Shown one piece after another: positions 50,001 to 58,954 of a DNA stretch of 64,000 nt (the stretch's first letter is position 1; each line of letters opens with the position of its first letter). The DNA comes from a bacterium (GTDB lineage Bacteria > UBA8248): NCBI GenBank assembly GCA_965204535.1, contig CBDBEV010000001.1, forward strand, positions 2,368,001-2,432,000, read 5' to 3'. Below the pieces are notes generated by a model, which saw nothing but the letters and a program-made list of their open reading frames with translations, was not told the origin of the DNA and made no database searches. The translations under genes were made by a program, and so were the position numbers.

Positions 50001-51530
50001 TTCCGACGACGGCTCGAGTGGTGACACGGTGATCGGCAGTGCGGAACCCACGGGTTCAACCATGGATCCGACGGCGGAATCCCCCTCCGATTCTTCGTAT
50101 CTTTCCACGATGACGTGCGCGTTCGTGCCCGACCACCCGAACCCGCTTACCCCCGCCCTCGGGGGATGATCGGGATGGCGCGGCCACTCCGTCGCCTCCG
50201 CCGTCACCTGCAGGGACATTCGCTCCCAGTCCACTGCCGGAGTGGGTTCCCGGAAATGGAGGTGTTTGGGAATCACCCCTTGTTTCAGGGCCAGCGCCGT
50301 CTTGATCACGCCTGCGACCCCCGCCGCAGACTCCAAGTGACCGATGTTCGTCTTCACCGAACCGATCAGGAGCGGGCGGTCCGCATCGCGGCCCTTGCCG
50401 TAAGCCGCCGCCGCCGCGTCCAGCTCGATAGGATCGCCCACCTCCGTTCCCGTTCCGTGCGCTTCGAGATAATCGACTTCATGGGGCCTGATTCCGGCGC
50501 GAGCGAGCGCATCCGCTATCACCCGCTCCTGCGCCGGGCCGCTCGGCACCGTCAGCCCCGGACTCGCGCCGTCCTGGTTGATGGCCGAACCGCGAATGAC
50601 GCTCCAGATGCGGTCGCCGTCCGCCTCCGCCTCTGCGAGCCGTTTGAGCGCCACGATTCCGCAGCCCTCGCCCCGCACGTAACCGTTCGCGGCGGCGTCG
50701 AAGGTCGCGCACCGCCCGTCGGGCGAGAGCATCCCGGCGTTGCCGCGCAACTCCAGCAGGCGGCCTGAGAGAATCGTGTGCACCCCTCCCGCCAGTGCCA
50801 GATCCGCCTCTCTGCGCTGCAGGCCCGCCACCGCCTGGTGGATCGCAACCAGCGATGAGGAGCAGGCGGTGTCCAGCGCGATCGCCGGCCCCTCGAATCC
50901 CAGCGCGAAGGCGACCCGTCCGACGGCCGTGTTGAATGAAGTACCGCTCACCGTATACAGGCTCGTGGCGGGTTCTGCGGTATCGCTGACGTCCATGATC
51001 AGGCTGCGGTATTCGTTGTTGCTGACTCCACCGTATACGCCGGTGCGGCTGCCCCTGAGCCGTTCCGGGTCCATCCCCGCATCCTCGAGCGCCTGCCAGC
51101 TCGTCTCCAGCATGAGCCGCTGCTGGGGGTCCAGGAGTTGGGCCTCGACCGGCGAAATGCGGAAAAACGCGGCGTCGAACCGGTCGATCTCATCCAGGTA
51201 GGCGCCGAAGCGGCAGGCCTGGCTCTGAATCTCGGCGTCGGGGAACAGCACGCCCACGCGCCCCACGCCCGAACCCGGAACGCCCTCGGTCACCGCGTTC
51301 TCACCGGCCTCGAGCAGACGCCAGAAAGCCGGGATGCCGACGGCATTGGGAAAGCGGCACGCCATGCCCACAATCGCTATGGGGTCTCCTCGCCGGGAAG
51401 CTTCTGGTGCCCCGGCGTCAGATCCCTCGGAAGGATCGAAATTTCCGTCCGCGTTCATCAATTTCTCCCGGCAAATACCCCGCCACGCCGCCATCACTTC
51501 GCTCTGGAACGAGTCCATCATATAGCGCAC
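41082..51530 (-). CDS. supA: SupA-type type I PKS/FAS: KS-AT-DH-cMT-ER-KR-ACP-KS-AT(inactive)
   Basis: KS1 DTACSSS/HGTGT/GHLE; AT1 GHSVG, QAFH; DH HRVFG....P; MT EVGAGTG; ER HAGAGGVG; KR TGGLGGIG; ACP GMDSL; KS2 DMTCASS/HATGS/GHLE; AT2 GAGSG. Domain order and neighbours match the sponge-symbiont ubiquitous PKS. The start may be 51458. Confidence 0.9.
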   Translation of the reverse strand: MRYMMDSFQSEVMAAWRGICREKLMNADGNFDPSEGSDAGAPEASRRGDPIAIVGMACRFPNAVGIPAFWRLLEAGENAVTEGVPGSGVGRVGVLFPDAEIQSQACRFGAYLDEIDRFDAAFFRISPVEAQLLDPQQRLMLETSWQALEDAGMDPERLRGSRTGVYGGVSNNEYRSLIMDVSDTAEPATSLYTVSGTSFNTAVGRVAFALGFEGPAIALDTACSSSLVAIHQAVAGLQRREADLALAGGVHTILSGRLLELRGNAGMLSPDGRCATFDAAANGYVRGEGCGIVALKRLAEAEADGDRIWSVIRGSAINQDGASPGLTVPSGPAQERVIADALARAGIRPHEVDYLEAHGTGTEVGDPIELDAAAAAYGKGRDADRPLLIGSVKTNIGHLESAAGVAGVIKTALALKQGVIPKHLHFREPTPAVDWERMSLQVTAEATEWPRHPDHPPRAGVSGFGWSGTNAHVIVERYEESEGDSAVGSMVEPVGSALPITVSPLEPSSEDWHIERETRLLPLSGKSEGALRDLAGRYLSWLDGRGEELASQSAASKPLLSDMAWTACVGRGHFTHRAGLAFDDAARLRERLSALADGGEAPEARTTTKVAFLFTGQGGQWVGMGRDLYESEPVARVVLDRCEEAFRAERGASLLDVMFAQGEGNLYDTVWAQPAIYAIECAVTALWESLGVRPDVVVGHSVGEFGAAHTAGVFGLEDGMRAVMGRSEILSSVPEAGTMAAVFAPFSIVEEAVLAYNEAAGSERLAIAARNGAHQVLSGQVSAVEAVSERFESEEVRVRPIHTSQAFHSPLVEPALNALEELFERIEIASPSLTTLVSNVTGRVVEPDEILGGAYWRRHAREAVAFDLGVRALANLGVDLVVEVGPHAVLGPMLSLAWPGPDEGADAVGVDVEAPLVLASLQRPSQDEEKPAAELEAGFMGAVAGAYEAGVDLSFEGLFAGETRRRISLPGYPFQRERYWVEGPKRRRQSTGHPLLGERHESAGGEITFETEVLPSDPAWLNDHRVFGRVIAPGALYGAMAISASTAEGGGAMLVEEVQLHNALIFPEENSENGGEGREMQVLLEAPGEEPWRLVRIFSKGEAEEGWTLHAECRAPSEAGGRQSSEQVDLESLKAALSPEDVPAYYRAKANVGIDLGPSFRTLGSVWSRAGEALGEVCWPEALGENALDVHPLLLDGCFQVMAAARNPGGAEDGITYLPFGWERLWLAEKLPDRLLCHVRMREAPKSQEPDAETGGGSEVFVADFLLYDENGALIGELSGFMLKRATRAALLSAVEGLDDLLYEVVWRDSALPPGIQPADFLPSPVEVAERWEPFSSYLAAEGVDAEMRPAVLADLSCMARHFALAALEKLGWERKAGEAVDSEDLRERLGVQDQHSQLFRRMLELLERVGVLKSEGEVFLVAVGAGEPLPEGMPGDPEEFAAGVIERYAYASNEIGLFRRSAGALAEVLRGEEDPLSLLFGSGEPSAADLYFKAPVWRAANLMLRDAVRTLVAGLPEGRRLRVIEVGAGTGSATESVLPELPEGRFDYTYTDISAGFFAQAEGLFGDGGGCIEYRVLDIEKDPVEQGFDSHGYDLVIASNVLHATRYLEETLTHCRSLLAPSGHLVALENLCGQDWLDMTFGQLDGWWRFSDDCRPTYALAGPDVWRQSLDAAGFEGVEILGLGWGDSVEMPDRGVILGQLPEEVAERPGVWVLAADRGGAAAELAEKLASRNQTVVLASEAGSADGGPADEKPGVIHTTLEMDSRESWGALLEGLPEDPPLSGVVHLAALDGHGPGATTAEMAEDVKRVGASALALAQAMSDADAAPGKGFWFLTRGAQVLERERGGELAGATLWGFGKALAREASQMQPKMLDLDPEPMAPPVDLANELLYPDTENQIVHRGSRRRVARLVRAGKGAERLTLPEDPNWLLGVDEDGALSGLQAESPPLEPREVRVAVEAAGLNFWDVFAALGLIDEKFLGTEMCGHILEVGSEVSSVSVGDRVVGVKRGTRGMFGPESVTHEELVAPAPADLPAAALATMPTVFLSAALSYELAELKAGDRVLIHAGAGGVGLAAIQLAQAAGAEVFATASAPKQAYLRSLGVAHVFDSRQTKFGEEIFEATGGEGVDLILNSLTAEGFIDASLSCLAQGGRFVELAARDILSEEEMAAVRPDVTYHIVKLDAMKDDEPERPGALLKDIMARLTAGELTPLIHTRWPLAEARQAVEFMRDGRHIGKIVFTNSPLTRGRLREDRTYLVTGGLGGIGCAVADWLADRGAGAIVLNGRRPPDPEVEEAVESLRKRGFTVRVELADVTDPNAVDEMLARMDADLPPLGGVIHSVGVLSDGALGNQSWKRFEGVLWPKVLGAWHLHRATADRDLDMFVLFSSAAGVLGNPGQSNHSAANAFLDQLAAHRRAMGLPGQAIAWGAWSEIGEAAEQRERISQSITATGIDWMTPQQGLRAFDRLVREDAANSMVLARDWSVFEKTLDNIPPFFEDLLSDAQDAEADSPALADNLIARLGETPAAERESLLVSFLQQELKAVLRLPGTPEPTVGFFDLGMDSLMAVELRNRLNRAFADAYTAPNTVVFDYPDIAVLARHLAEELGDLGPAPAPQAQPEPERRPLARREEEQIAIVGMACRFPGAPDISAFWRLLESGSDAVTDGRRDTGPWSGVAGDPAAEKDFYRQGGFIEGIDQFDASFFGIRPIEARLMDPRQRLLLETTWQALEDAGIDPAPLKGTRTGAYVGLGVSEYRDLVVAGGLDDSHIGNAPSVAIGRIAFVLGLMGPAVPLDMTCASSLVAVHQAAAALREGEVDLALAGGVHAVLSPPVSKFMAEFGMLSPSGRCRTFDADADGYVRGEGCGMVVMKRLSDAEADGDRIWGLVQGSAVNQNGASAALTVPNGTAQEQVLEDALSRSGFPPSEVDYLEVHATGSQLGDPIEVRAAAAVYGRGRAPDRPLLLGTVKTNIGHLESAAGIAGLIKVLLAMKHGKIPKHLHFENPNPHMDWDALPLRVTSEATAWPLVSDRPRRAGVSAFALSGTNAHVLIEGYGAPEGDSATDTGRGSPAGSAQPVPVTLPDSVPKSQAEEELRPRRTRMLPLSGKSDDALRESAGRYLSWLDDSAGELSSEGAAAEPLLSDMAWTAAVGRSHFAHRAGVVFEDAASLREGLRAIEESDELPKPQVAARVAFAYAGEDGHRVGMGEELYESEPVARAVLDRCDEVLRVERGASLLDVMFGRSGDLDDPAWSQPAVFALGCALTTLWASVGIRPNVVFGAGSGEVAAAHAADVFTLEEGLRFAARRGALMEAISGEEGVEAALDDLETALEGVVTALPSLTLVNGVTGRVLASGETLDGAYWRKQAREPGALDECAKTLTESGVEVVVESGPDAAFVPQVLSAWPDLSGDAGASENDAAPPVVLSSLNRASESGAGFVEAVARAYEAGLTLDFAGLFAGEERRRISLPGYPFQRRRFWFEAP

Positions 51531-51899
51531 CTACAGGGTGGCTCAACAATTTTTTTCCCGGGCGAATAAATTGCCGATTAACAGCGCCCGGCGGCAATGC
51601 TTCGGAAACGTTGATTGCGCTTCAGGTTCCCATGACGTGCGCGTCGGGCGGGAAGTTCGTTTCTCGTTTTTCCCAGCAAGTTTTTTATTCTTCTTGCTTA
51701 TGAGAACTCCGGCTAGGGGGGAGGGGAGTTGTTTTCGGGGTGCGCGGAGATGCGCCCGGGGCGGATGGACGACAGTGGGTGTGATTTCGTGGAGGCAGGC
51801 TCTGGAATCACCCCTCCGTTCGCTCAAAGTGAAAAAAGGTTTCGAAAAGGCGAAAAACGGATGCTACAATGAGGCGTTGTCACCGAAAAGGAGCGCACC

Positions 51900-53342
51900 T
51901 TGGAGAGAAGCCTGTTTGACCGGACAGAAGACGACGATAGCGGAGCGCAATCGCCACAAGTCGATCCGAGGGCGCCGCTGGCCGAGCGCATGCGCCCCCG
52001 AACGCTCGATGAGGTCCTGGGTCAGGATCACCTGATCGGACCGGGCCGCGTGTTGAGACGCGCCGTTGAGGAAGACAGCTTGCGGCCGCTCATCTTCTGG
52101 GGGCCGCCCGGCACGGGGAAGACGACGCTCGCGCGCATCATCGCCACCAAGACGAACGCGCACTTCATCACGCTGAGCGCGGTGCTCCACGGAGTGAAGG
52201 AGTTGCGCGCCGCAGTGGACGAGGCGAATCGCATGCGGCTGAGAAAGGTGCGCACGATTCTGTTCATCGACGAGATTCACCGCTTCAACAAGGCCCAGCA
52301 GGACGGCCTCCTCCCCCACGTGGAAAACGGCACGCTGACGCTCATCGGCGCTACGACGGAAAACCCCTCCTTCGAGGTCATCGCACCCCTGCTCTCCCGT
52401 GCGCGCGTGTTCGTGCTGGAGGGATTGAAAGAAGACCACATCGTGGCGCTTCTCCGCCGCGCCCTAGAGGATGCCGAGCGTGGACTCGGGGCCTTGAAAC
52501 TGGGTGCGGAGGATGACGCCCTGCGCCGCGTCGCGGTCTTGAGCAGCGGGGATGCGCGCTCGGCCTTGAACATCCTGGAAGCCGCGGCCGCTCTCGCCGG
52601 CGAGAACCGCCGTATCGACTCGAAGTTGGTCGGCGAGGCCGCCCAGCGCAAGACGCTGCTCTACGACAAGGCGGGCGAGGAGCATTACAACCTCATCTCC
52701 GCGCTTCACAAGACCTTGCGGGCTTCCGACCCCGACGCCGCCCTCTACTGGCTCGCGCGCATGCTGGAGGGGGGCGAAGACCCCATGTACATCCTGCGGC
52801 GTCTCGTGCGCTTCGCCTCGGAAGACGTCGGCATGGCGGACCCGAACGCGCTCGCCGTGGCGACCGCCGCCCAAGGGGCGTTTCACTTCATCGGGCTCCC
52901 CGAGGGGAAGCTCGCCATCGCGCAGGCGGTGGTCTATCTCGCCCAGGCCCCAAAGAGCGATGCGGTCTACCGGGGCTTCGGGGCCGCCGAGCGCGCCGTG
53001 CGCGAGCAGGACGCCGCGCCCGTCCCCCACCATTTGAGGAACGCGCCCACCGGCCTCATGCGCGATCTCGGCTACGGCGAGGGCTACAAGCACGCGCACG
53101 AGTTCGACGACGCGGTTGTGGAGATGGAGGGCATGCCCGAAGGGCTGCAGGGGACGCGGTTTTATCACCCCACTTCCCGGGGATTCGAGGCGGAGGTCCA
53201 GAAGAGGCTCGCCATGCGCGAGGAGATACTGAACGAACGCCTGGGCGAGCGCCTGAACGTGCCCGATGAACGGTCCATGGACGACCGCCGCCCCTCCGAC
53301 CCCGCCATGCCGGGAAGAAGGGCGAGAAGGAAGGATAGGTGA
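51900..53342 (+). CDS. rarA: Replication-associated recombination protein A
   Basis: PLAERMRP, GPPGTGKT, FIDEIHRFNKAQQD, GATTENP, ASEDVG. Confidence 0.95.
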   Translation: MERSLFDRTEDDDSGAQSPQVDPRAPLAERMRPRTLDEVLGQDHLIGPGRVLRRAVEEDSLRPLIFWGPPGTGKTTLARIIATKTNAHFITLSAVLHGVKELRAAVDEANRMRLRKVRTILFIDEIHRFNKAQQDGLLPHVENGTLTLIGATTENPSFEVIAPLLSRARVFVLEGLKEDHIVALLRRALEDAERGLGALKLGAEDDALRRVAVLSSGDARSALNILEAAAALAGENRRIDSKLVGEAAQRKTLLYDKAGEEHYNLISALHKTLRASDPDAALYWLARMLEGGEDPMYILRRLVRFASEDVGMADPNALAVATAAQGAFHFIGLPEGKLAIAQAVVYLAQAPKSDAVYRGFGAAERAVREQDAAPVPHHLRNAPTGLMRDLGYGEGYKHAHEFDDAVVEMEGMPEGLQGTRFYHPTSRGFEAEVQKRLAMREEILNERLGERLNVPDERSMDDRRPSDPAMPGRRARRKDR

Positions 53343-53468
53343 GGGAGGACTATTGCATAAGCAATTCTCTAGTGAAGGCGATTTTCTTTCGTCATTCCGG
53401 CGAATGACGGCTCTTTGATCGAACTCTACCGATCAGGGAAGAATAATCTTCACTGTGGCGGCCAACTT

Positions 53469-53496
53469 GTAGGGACAGGTCGCGACCTGTCCCTAC
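53469..53496. repeat. Perfect 28-bp GTAG REP palindrome
   Basis: GTAGGGACAGGTCG-CGACCTGTCCCTAC. Confidence 0.8.
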
Positions 53497-53565
53497 GATA
53501 ACAGTCTCGCATCTCCTGACTGCTGGCAAACAATATCCCACCAAGAAGGTGTGTTTCCTGAAAGA

Positions 53566-54345
53566 CTAACCCGCCGCCGAGACGGACCTCCTGGATTCGA
53601 GTGCTTCATCCATCTCTTCGATAATCGCCTTGGCCGCCCCAAACGGATTCTCGTTTTTCGTGATGGGCCTGCCCACGACGAGATAGTCCGAACCCATGCG
53701 GATGGCATCCGCCGGCGTCGTGATTCGTTTGTGATCATCCGAGGCGGCCCACGCCGGCCGGATGCCCGGACTCACGATATCGGCATTCGGGAATTTCTCG
53801 CGGCAGGCCTTGATGGCATCGCCTGAAACGATCAACCCGTCACAACCCTCTGCGAGCAGCTTCTTTCCCCGGTCGAGGATGTATTGCGTCGAATCCGCGC
53901 CTTTTATCCCTTCGCTACGCAGATCATCGTCGCTCAGACTCGAAAGAAGCGGCACCATCAGGAGTTTTGGGTGCTCCGATTCTCCGCGGGTTTCGAGCGC
54001 GGTCTGGATGGTCCTGGTCGTCATGGTGTAAGGCATGGACTCGGTGAGCGTGACGAACCTGACGTTAAGCGCCATGCAGCCCTCGATGAACCTGGCGATC
54101 GTGTTGCCGATGTCTCCCGAGAGCTTGAGATCGACGAACACCCCGCCTTCGCCTGCGCGGCGCTCCTGAAGCTCCTTGATGAATCCGAGCAGGTTCCCCA
54201 TCAGAAAGAGTTCGAGCCCGACCTTGAAGAAAGAGACGTTCTCGAGTTTTTCGACCAGCCTGAGCGCTTCCTCGTGCGCCGGTACGTCCAGCGCAACGAT
54301 GAGGCGGTCCTTGCCGCTCAGGTTCACCGTGGGTCTTTCCCCCAT
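53566..54345 (-). CDS. pyrF: Orotidine-5'-phosphate decarboxylase (atypical active-site spacing)
   Basis: LIVALD, FKVG, DLKLSGDIGNT, SPGIRP, VVGRPI. Confidence 0.85.
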   Translation of the reverse strand: MGERPTVNLSGKDRLIVALDVPAHEEALRLVEKLENVSFFKVGLELFLMGNLLGFIKELQERRAGEGGVFVDLKLSGDIGNTIARFIEGCMALNVRFVTLTESMPYTMTTRTIQTALETRGESEHPKLLMVPLLSSLSDDDLRSEGIKGADSTQYILDRGKKLLAEGCDGLIVSGDAIKACREKFPNADIVSPGIRPAWAASDDHKRITTPADAIRMGSDYLVVGRPITKNENPFGAAKAIIEEMDEALESRRSVSAAG

Positions 54346-54507
54346 CGCGCCCCTCCTGTTTTCTCAAGCAAGTGATTTCGTTGATTTTTGGGCGAAATCG
54401 CAGAGTTCTTATCGTACATTTTCTGTGGGAAATCAAACGCGCATCCCCGTGCTGCGGAAGGCGGGGAGGCCCTCGCTGGGGGTTGCCCCGACAGCGGGAT
54501 TCCCTGA

Positions 54508-54969
<462 letters not shown>

Positions 54970-54998
54970 TAAATCGCCCTGCCGGATTCCTCGCCAGA

Positions 54999-55250
54999 GG
55001 GGGTTGTCGAAAAGAATTTCTCAACGAGTGAGTAACCCCCCAACCCCCCTTGTCAGGGGCTGTTGAAAAAGCCGTCCTTAGTCGGAATTGACCACCACCG
55101 TCATTTCGGCTTTCGCCGGGATGACGAACAAGACCGCACCCTCTCACCCTGAGTAGCGGCGAAGCCGCGTATCGAAGGGCGCATGTCCGTCCCTCGATAC
55201 GGCGCGCAAGCGCGCCTGCTCGGGATGAAGATGGTTTTTTCAACAACCCC
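54999..55250. repeat. Cluster of REP/MITE-like palindromes
   Basis: GGGGTTGTCGAAAA / TTTTTCAACAACCCC ends (also seen near 26852 and 39752), CCCCCTTGTCAGGGG, and CCCTGAGTAG...CCCTCGATAC hairpins. Confidence 0.55.
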
Positions 55251-56120
55251 CTAGCGAAACAGTTCGATCTCGGCTTCCGCCTCTCCATGGTAGACGGCCT
55301 TTGCCTTGAGCAGATCGTCGAGCACCAGCTTTTTGTCGCGTGGGTTTCTTAGCAGATACGCAGGGTGATACGTCGAGAGGCAGGGGACTCCCTGGTAGCG
55401 CCCGAATTTGCCCCGCAGTCTGCCGATCGGCGTCTTCGTCTGGAGCAGCCATTGCGCGGCGAATTTACCCAAAGCCAGAATGAGCTTGGGCTGGATGACG
55501 GCGAGTTGCTTGTGGAGATATGGCTCGCAGCAGTCGATCTCGTCCGGCTCCGGGTTGCGGTTGCCTGGCGGTCGGCACTTCAGGATGTTACAGATGTAGA
55601 CCTCCTGGCGCGGGACTTCGATGACGTTTTCGATCATCCTGGTCAGCATCTGGCCCGCCCGTCCCACGAAGGGAATCCCCTCCGCGTCTTCGTTCGCTCC
55701 GGGCGCTTCGCCGACGATGACGAGGTTCGCCGCCGGGTTCCCCACCCCGAACACGAGGTTCGTCCGGCCCGCTCCGAGCTTACACCGCAAACAGCCGTCC
55801 ACGGCGGTCTGGAGTTGGTCGAGCGACATCTCCGCTTCGGGGTCGAAGGGAAGCGGCGGCGGCTCGGGGCCGGGGTCTCTGCGCTTCGCCATGGGGGCCA
55901 GTGTGGGTGCTGGCGTCGGCGCCGCCTGGGGAATCAGGGCCTGTTGCTCGGGATTGGACGCGGCTGCGGGTTCGGGTGTCCGTGCGGGCGGGGCCGCCAC
56001 CGGATGCGCCGTCTCGGGAAGCGTCTCCTGCGGAGTTCCCAGAGTCACGTAACCGATACCTGCGGCTCGCTGGTTTTGCAGATGCACCAGTAATTCTCTG
56101 GCGAACTCAGAACGATTCAT
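55251..56120 (-). CDS. Uracil-DNA glycosylase family 4
   Basis: CLRC, GEAPG, PFVGRAG, KCRPP.NR.P, YHPAYLLR. Confidence 0.95.
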   Translation of the reverse strand: MNRSEFARELLVHLQNQRAAGIGYVTLGTPQETLPETAHPVAAPPARTPEPAAASNPEQQALIPQAAPTPAPTLAPMAKRRDPGPEPPPLPFDPEAEMSLDQLQTAVDGCLRCKLGAGRTNLVFGVGNPAANLVIVGEAPGANEDAEGIPFVGRAGQMLTRMIENVIEVPRQEVYICNILKCRPPGNRNPEPDEIDCCEPYLHKQLAVIQPKLILALGKFAAQWLLQTKTPIGRLRGKFGRYQGVPCLSTYHPAYLLRNPRDKKLVLDDLLKAKAVYHGEAEAEIELFR

Positions 56121-56153
56121 CGTCTCGACCGGCGGGCGCTTCGGAAATAGGAT

Positions 56154-57392
56154 TCAGGTGCTGATATTTTGCCATATTTTGGCGAGTCGGTCGAGAATGC
56201 GCCCCGCCAGAACCGCCTTTTCGAGGACGGGGAGCACTTCTGTCACGTTTGAGTCGATGATCCAGGCGCGCGAGGCGTCAGCACCCATCGCGTCCTCGTC
56301 GCCCGAGACCCTGTTCGCCACGATGAGGTCCAGCCTTTTTCGCGCGAGCTTCTCCTTCGCGCGATCGACCACATCATCAGTCTCGGCCGCGAAGCCGACG
56401 AGGATTCTGTCTCCCTTTTCGCTTGAGAGCTCGGCGAGTATGTCCGTCGTTCGTTCGAGTTCCACCACGAGGGGAGCGTCGCCTTTTTTGCGCTTCCGGG
56501 CTGATGGGTCGACCGGGCGGTAGTCCGCCACGGCGGCGGCCATGACGAGGGTGTGCGCGTCCGCCCATTCGCTCTTCACCGCCTCGTACATCTCGGCGGC
56601 GGACTCCACGCGGACGACGCGCACTCCCGGCGGGTCGGCGAGGGCGGCGGGGCCGCTCACGAGAACGACTTCTGCGCCGCGCCTTGCGGCCTCTCCCGCG
56701 ATAGCGAAGCCCATCTTGCCGCTCGATCGGTTCGAGAGATAACGCACGGCGTCCCACTTCTCCCGCGTGGGTCCTGCGGTGACCACGAGCTTCATGCCCG
56801 AAAGATCGGGATCAGGCAGCAGAATCTTGCGCGCGGCGAGAAGAATATCTTGTGGCTCGGGCATGCGCCCTCGGCCGGTTCCCTCCTCGGCGCGGGCCAT
56901 GCGCCCCACGCCCGGCGCCATGACGACGTGGCCCCTCTCGCGCAGGGCGGCGACGTTCTCCTGAACGGCGGGCGAAGCCCACATGCGCGGATTCATCGCG
57001 GGGGCGACGAGGGCGGGCGGCCTGGCGGAGAGCAAGAGCGTGGAGAGAAAATCATCCCCCACGCCTTGTGCGAATTTCCCGATGATGTTCGCCGTGGCCG
57101 GCGCGATGACGATGAGGTCTGCACTCTCCGTCAGGGAGATGTGCGGCATGTCACCCGTGAATCCGCCCCCCTCGATGGGGAACATTTTTTGGATGGGCGT
57201 CACCCCCGTGAGCACCTCGAAGGGCAGCGGCTGCACGAACGAGGCGGCGCTCTCTGTCAGGATCGTCTGCACGTCGGCGCCGTCCAGGACGAGCAGGCGC
57301 GCCAGGTCTATCGATTTATACGAGGCGATGCCGCCGGACACGCCGAGGGCGGTTTTTTTGCCGGAAAGGGGGGCCGGGGCATTTTCGCTCAC
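56154..57392 (-). CDS. coaBC: Phosphopantothenoylcysteine decarboxylase/ligase
   Basis: SGGIASYK, APATAN, PAMN, TAGPTRE..D.VRYLSNRSSGKMG, AAVADY, GFAAET. Confidence 0.97.
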   Translation of the reverse strand: MSENAPAPLSGKKTALGVSGGIASYKSIDLARLLVLDGADVQTILTESAASFVQPLPFEVLTGVTPIQKMFPIEGGGFTGDMPHISLTESADLIVIAPATANIIGKFAQGVGDDFLSTLLLSARPPALVAPAMNPRMWASPAVQENVAALRERGHVVMAPGVGRMARAEEGTGRGRMPEPQDILLAARKILLPDPDLSGMKLVVTAGPTREKWDAVRYLSNRSSGKMGFAIAGEAARRGAEVVLVSGPAALADPPGVRVVRVESAAEMYEAVKSEWADAHTLVMAAAVADYRPVDPSARKRKKGDAPLVVELERTTDILAELSSEKGDRILVGFAAETDDVVDRAKEKLARKRLDLIVANRVSGDEDAMGADASRAWIIDSNVTEVLPVLEKAVLAGRILDRLAKIWQNIST

Positions 57393-57970
57393 GGGGAATC
57401 GACCTCCCCGCGATGCAAAAGGATTATTTTTTTGAGTTCGCAGAATGCGGCGTCCAGGTCGTCGTTGATGATGACGTGATCGTACCGGTGGCTTTGCGCC
57501 ATCTCTTCTTCGGCTCTCGAGAGCCGGAACTCGACGTCCTCCCCGGTTTCAGACGCCCGATGCGCGAGGCGTTTGGCCAACTCGTCCAGCGAGGGCGGCA
57601 TGACGAATATGAGGCTCGCTTCGGCTCGCTTTTGCTTGACCTGCAGGGCGCCCTGGACGTCGAGGTCCATGATCACGTCATCTCCCCCGGCCAGATGCGT
57701 GTCGACCGCCTCTGCGGGCGTTCCGTAGCATTCCTCGAAAACCCGCGCCCATTCGAGAAGTTCATTTCCGGCGATCATCTCCTCGAACCGCGTCTGTTCC
57801 ATGAAGTAATAATGAACCCCGTCCTGTTCATAGTCGCGTCTTGGCCGCGTGGTCGCGCTAATCGAGTGCCAGATGTCGGGAAGTTCCCGGCAGGAGCGGT
57901 CGATGAGCGTGGATTTGCCCGCCCCCGAGGGTGCTGAGAGAACGAAGAGGTGGCCCCGGCTCTGCATCAT
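57389..57970 (-). CDS. gmk: Guanylate kinase
   Basis: SAPSGAGKST, TTRPRR.E.DGVHYYF, YGT. Confidence 0.97.
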   Translation of the reverse strand: MMQSRGHLFVLSAPSGAGKSTLIDRSCRELPDIWHSISATTRPRRDYEQDGVHYYFMEQTRFEEMIAGNELLEWARVFEECYGTPAEAVDTHLAGGDDVIMDLDVQGALQVKQKRAEASLIFVMPPSLDELAKRLAHRASETGEDVEFRLSRAEEEMAQSHRYDHVIINDDLDAAFCELKKIILLHRGEVDSP

Positions 57971-58839
57971 TCCACGTTCTGCACTTGTTCCCGGATTTTC
58001 TCAATGGCGCTCTTCACCTCGACCGCGCTCTGGGTGAGGGTCAGGTCGATGGATTTGGACGAAATCGTGTTGGCCTCGCGGTTCATCTCCTGGGTGAGGA
58101 AATCGAGTTTACGGCCGATGGGGCCTTCGCTCTCGAGCATCTCGCGAAACTGGACGACGTGGCTGTCGAGACGGCTGAGTTCCTCGCTGATGTCGCCGCG
58201 TTCGGCGGCGTAGATCATCTCCTGCTCGAGCCTCCCCTCGTCCACCTCGACGCTGTCGGCGATTTCGAGAATCCGCTCGCGCATCCGCTCGGTGAGGAGC
58301 CTGCGCGCCTCGGGCAAGCGTTCGCGTATATCGCCGCATCGCTCCTTCACCGTGGCGAGGTGTTCGCGGATGTCTTTGGCGAGCGCATCCCCTTCTTTTG
58401 CGCGCATCTCTCCCAAGGCGCCCAGCGCATTGCCGAGGGATTCCATTAGGACGGCGCGGAGGTCGTCCTTGTCGGGTTCGGACTTCGCTGTTTTGAGTAG
58501 GTCGCGGAAGCCTGTGAGTATCGAAAGGTCGACTTCGCCCGCGATTCCCAGTTCATCTTGCAGGGATTTCAGGGTGGAGAGCAGAGATTTCGCGGCTTCA
58601 GTGTCGATGGGCGACGCGTGGTTCCTCACCTCGCCCCAGCGGATATAGATGTCGAAACGCCCGCGGGAGAAGCGTTTTTTCACCGCATCGCGCACCTCGG
58701 CCTCCAGAGCCAGCGACCAGCGCGGCCCCCGGCAGGAGACCTCCAGATAGCGGTGGTTCACCGAGCGCGCCTCCACGCTCACCGAAGCCTCGCCCAGCGG
58801 TCTCTCTCCCGCGCCGTAACCCGTCATGCTGTCTATCAT
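57967..58839 (-). CDS. yicC: YicC/YloC family endoribonuclease
   Basis: SMTGYG, SVNHRYL, GRKLDFL.QEMNREANT, EKIREQVQNVE. Confidence 0.95.
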   Translation of the reverse strand: MIDSMTGYGAGERPLGEASVSVEARSVNHRYLEVSCRGPRWSLALEAEVRDAVKKRFSRGRFDIYIRWGEVRNHASPIDTEAAKSLLSTLKSLQDELGIAGEVDLSILTGFRDLLKTAKSEPDKDDLRAVLMESLGNALGALGEMRAKEGDALAKDIREHLATVKERCGDIRERLPEARRLLTERMRERILEIADSVEVDEGRLEQEMIYAAERGDISEELSRLDSHVVQFREMLESEGPIGRKLDFLTQEMNREANTISSKSIDLTLTQSAVEVKSAIEKIREQVQNVE

Positions 58840-58954
58840 GCTCCGCCCCGTGATGAGTCATTAACAGCCCACTGGAAAGAGTCTACAATAATTTTTCGCA
58901 CAGGGCGTGTCAATTTATGCGCTTGGCGAAGATGTTTCCGGTTTGGGGTGATTC

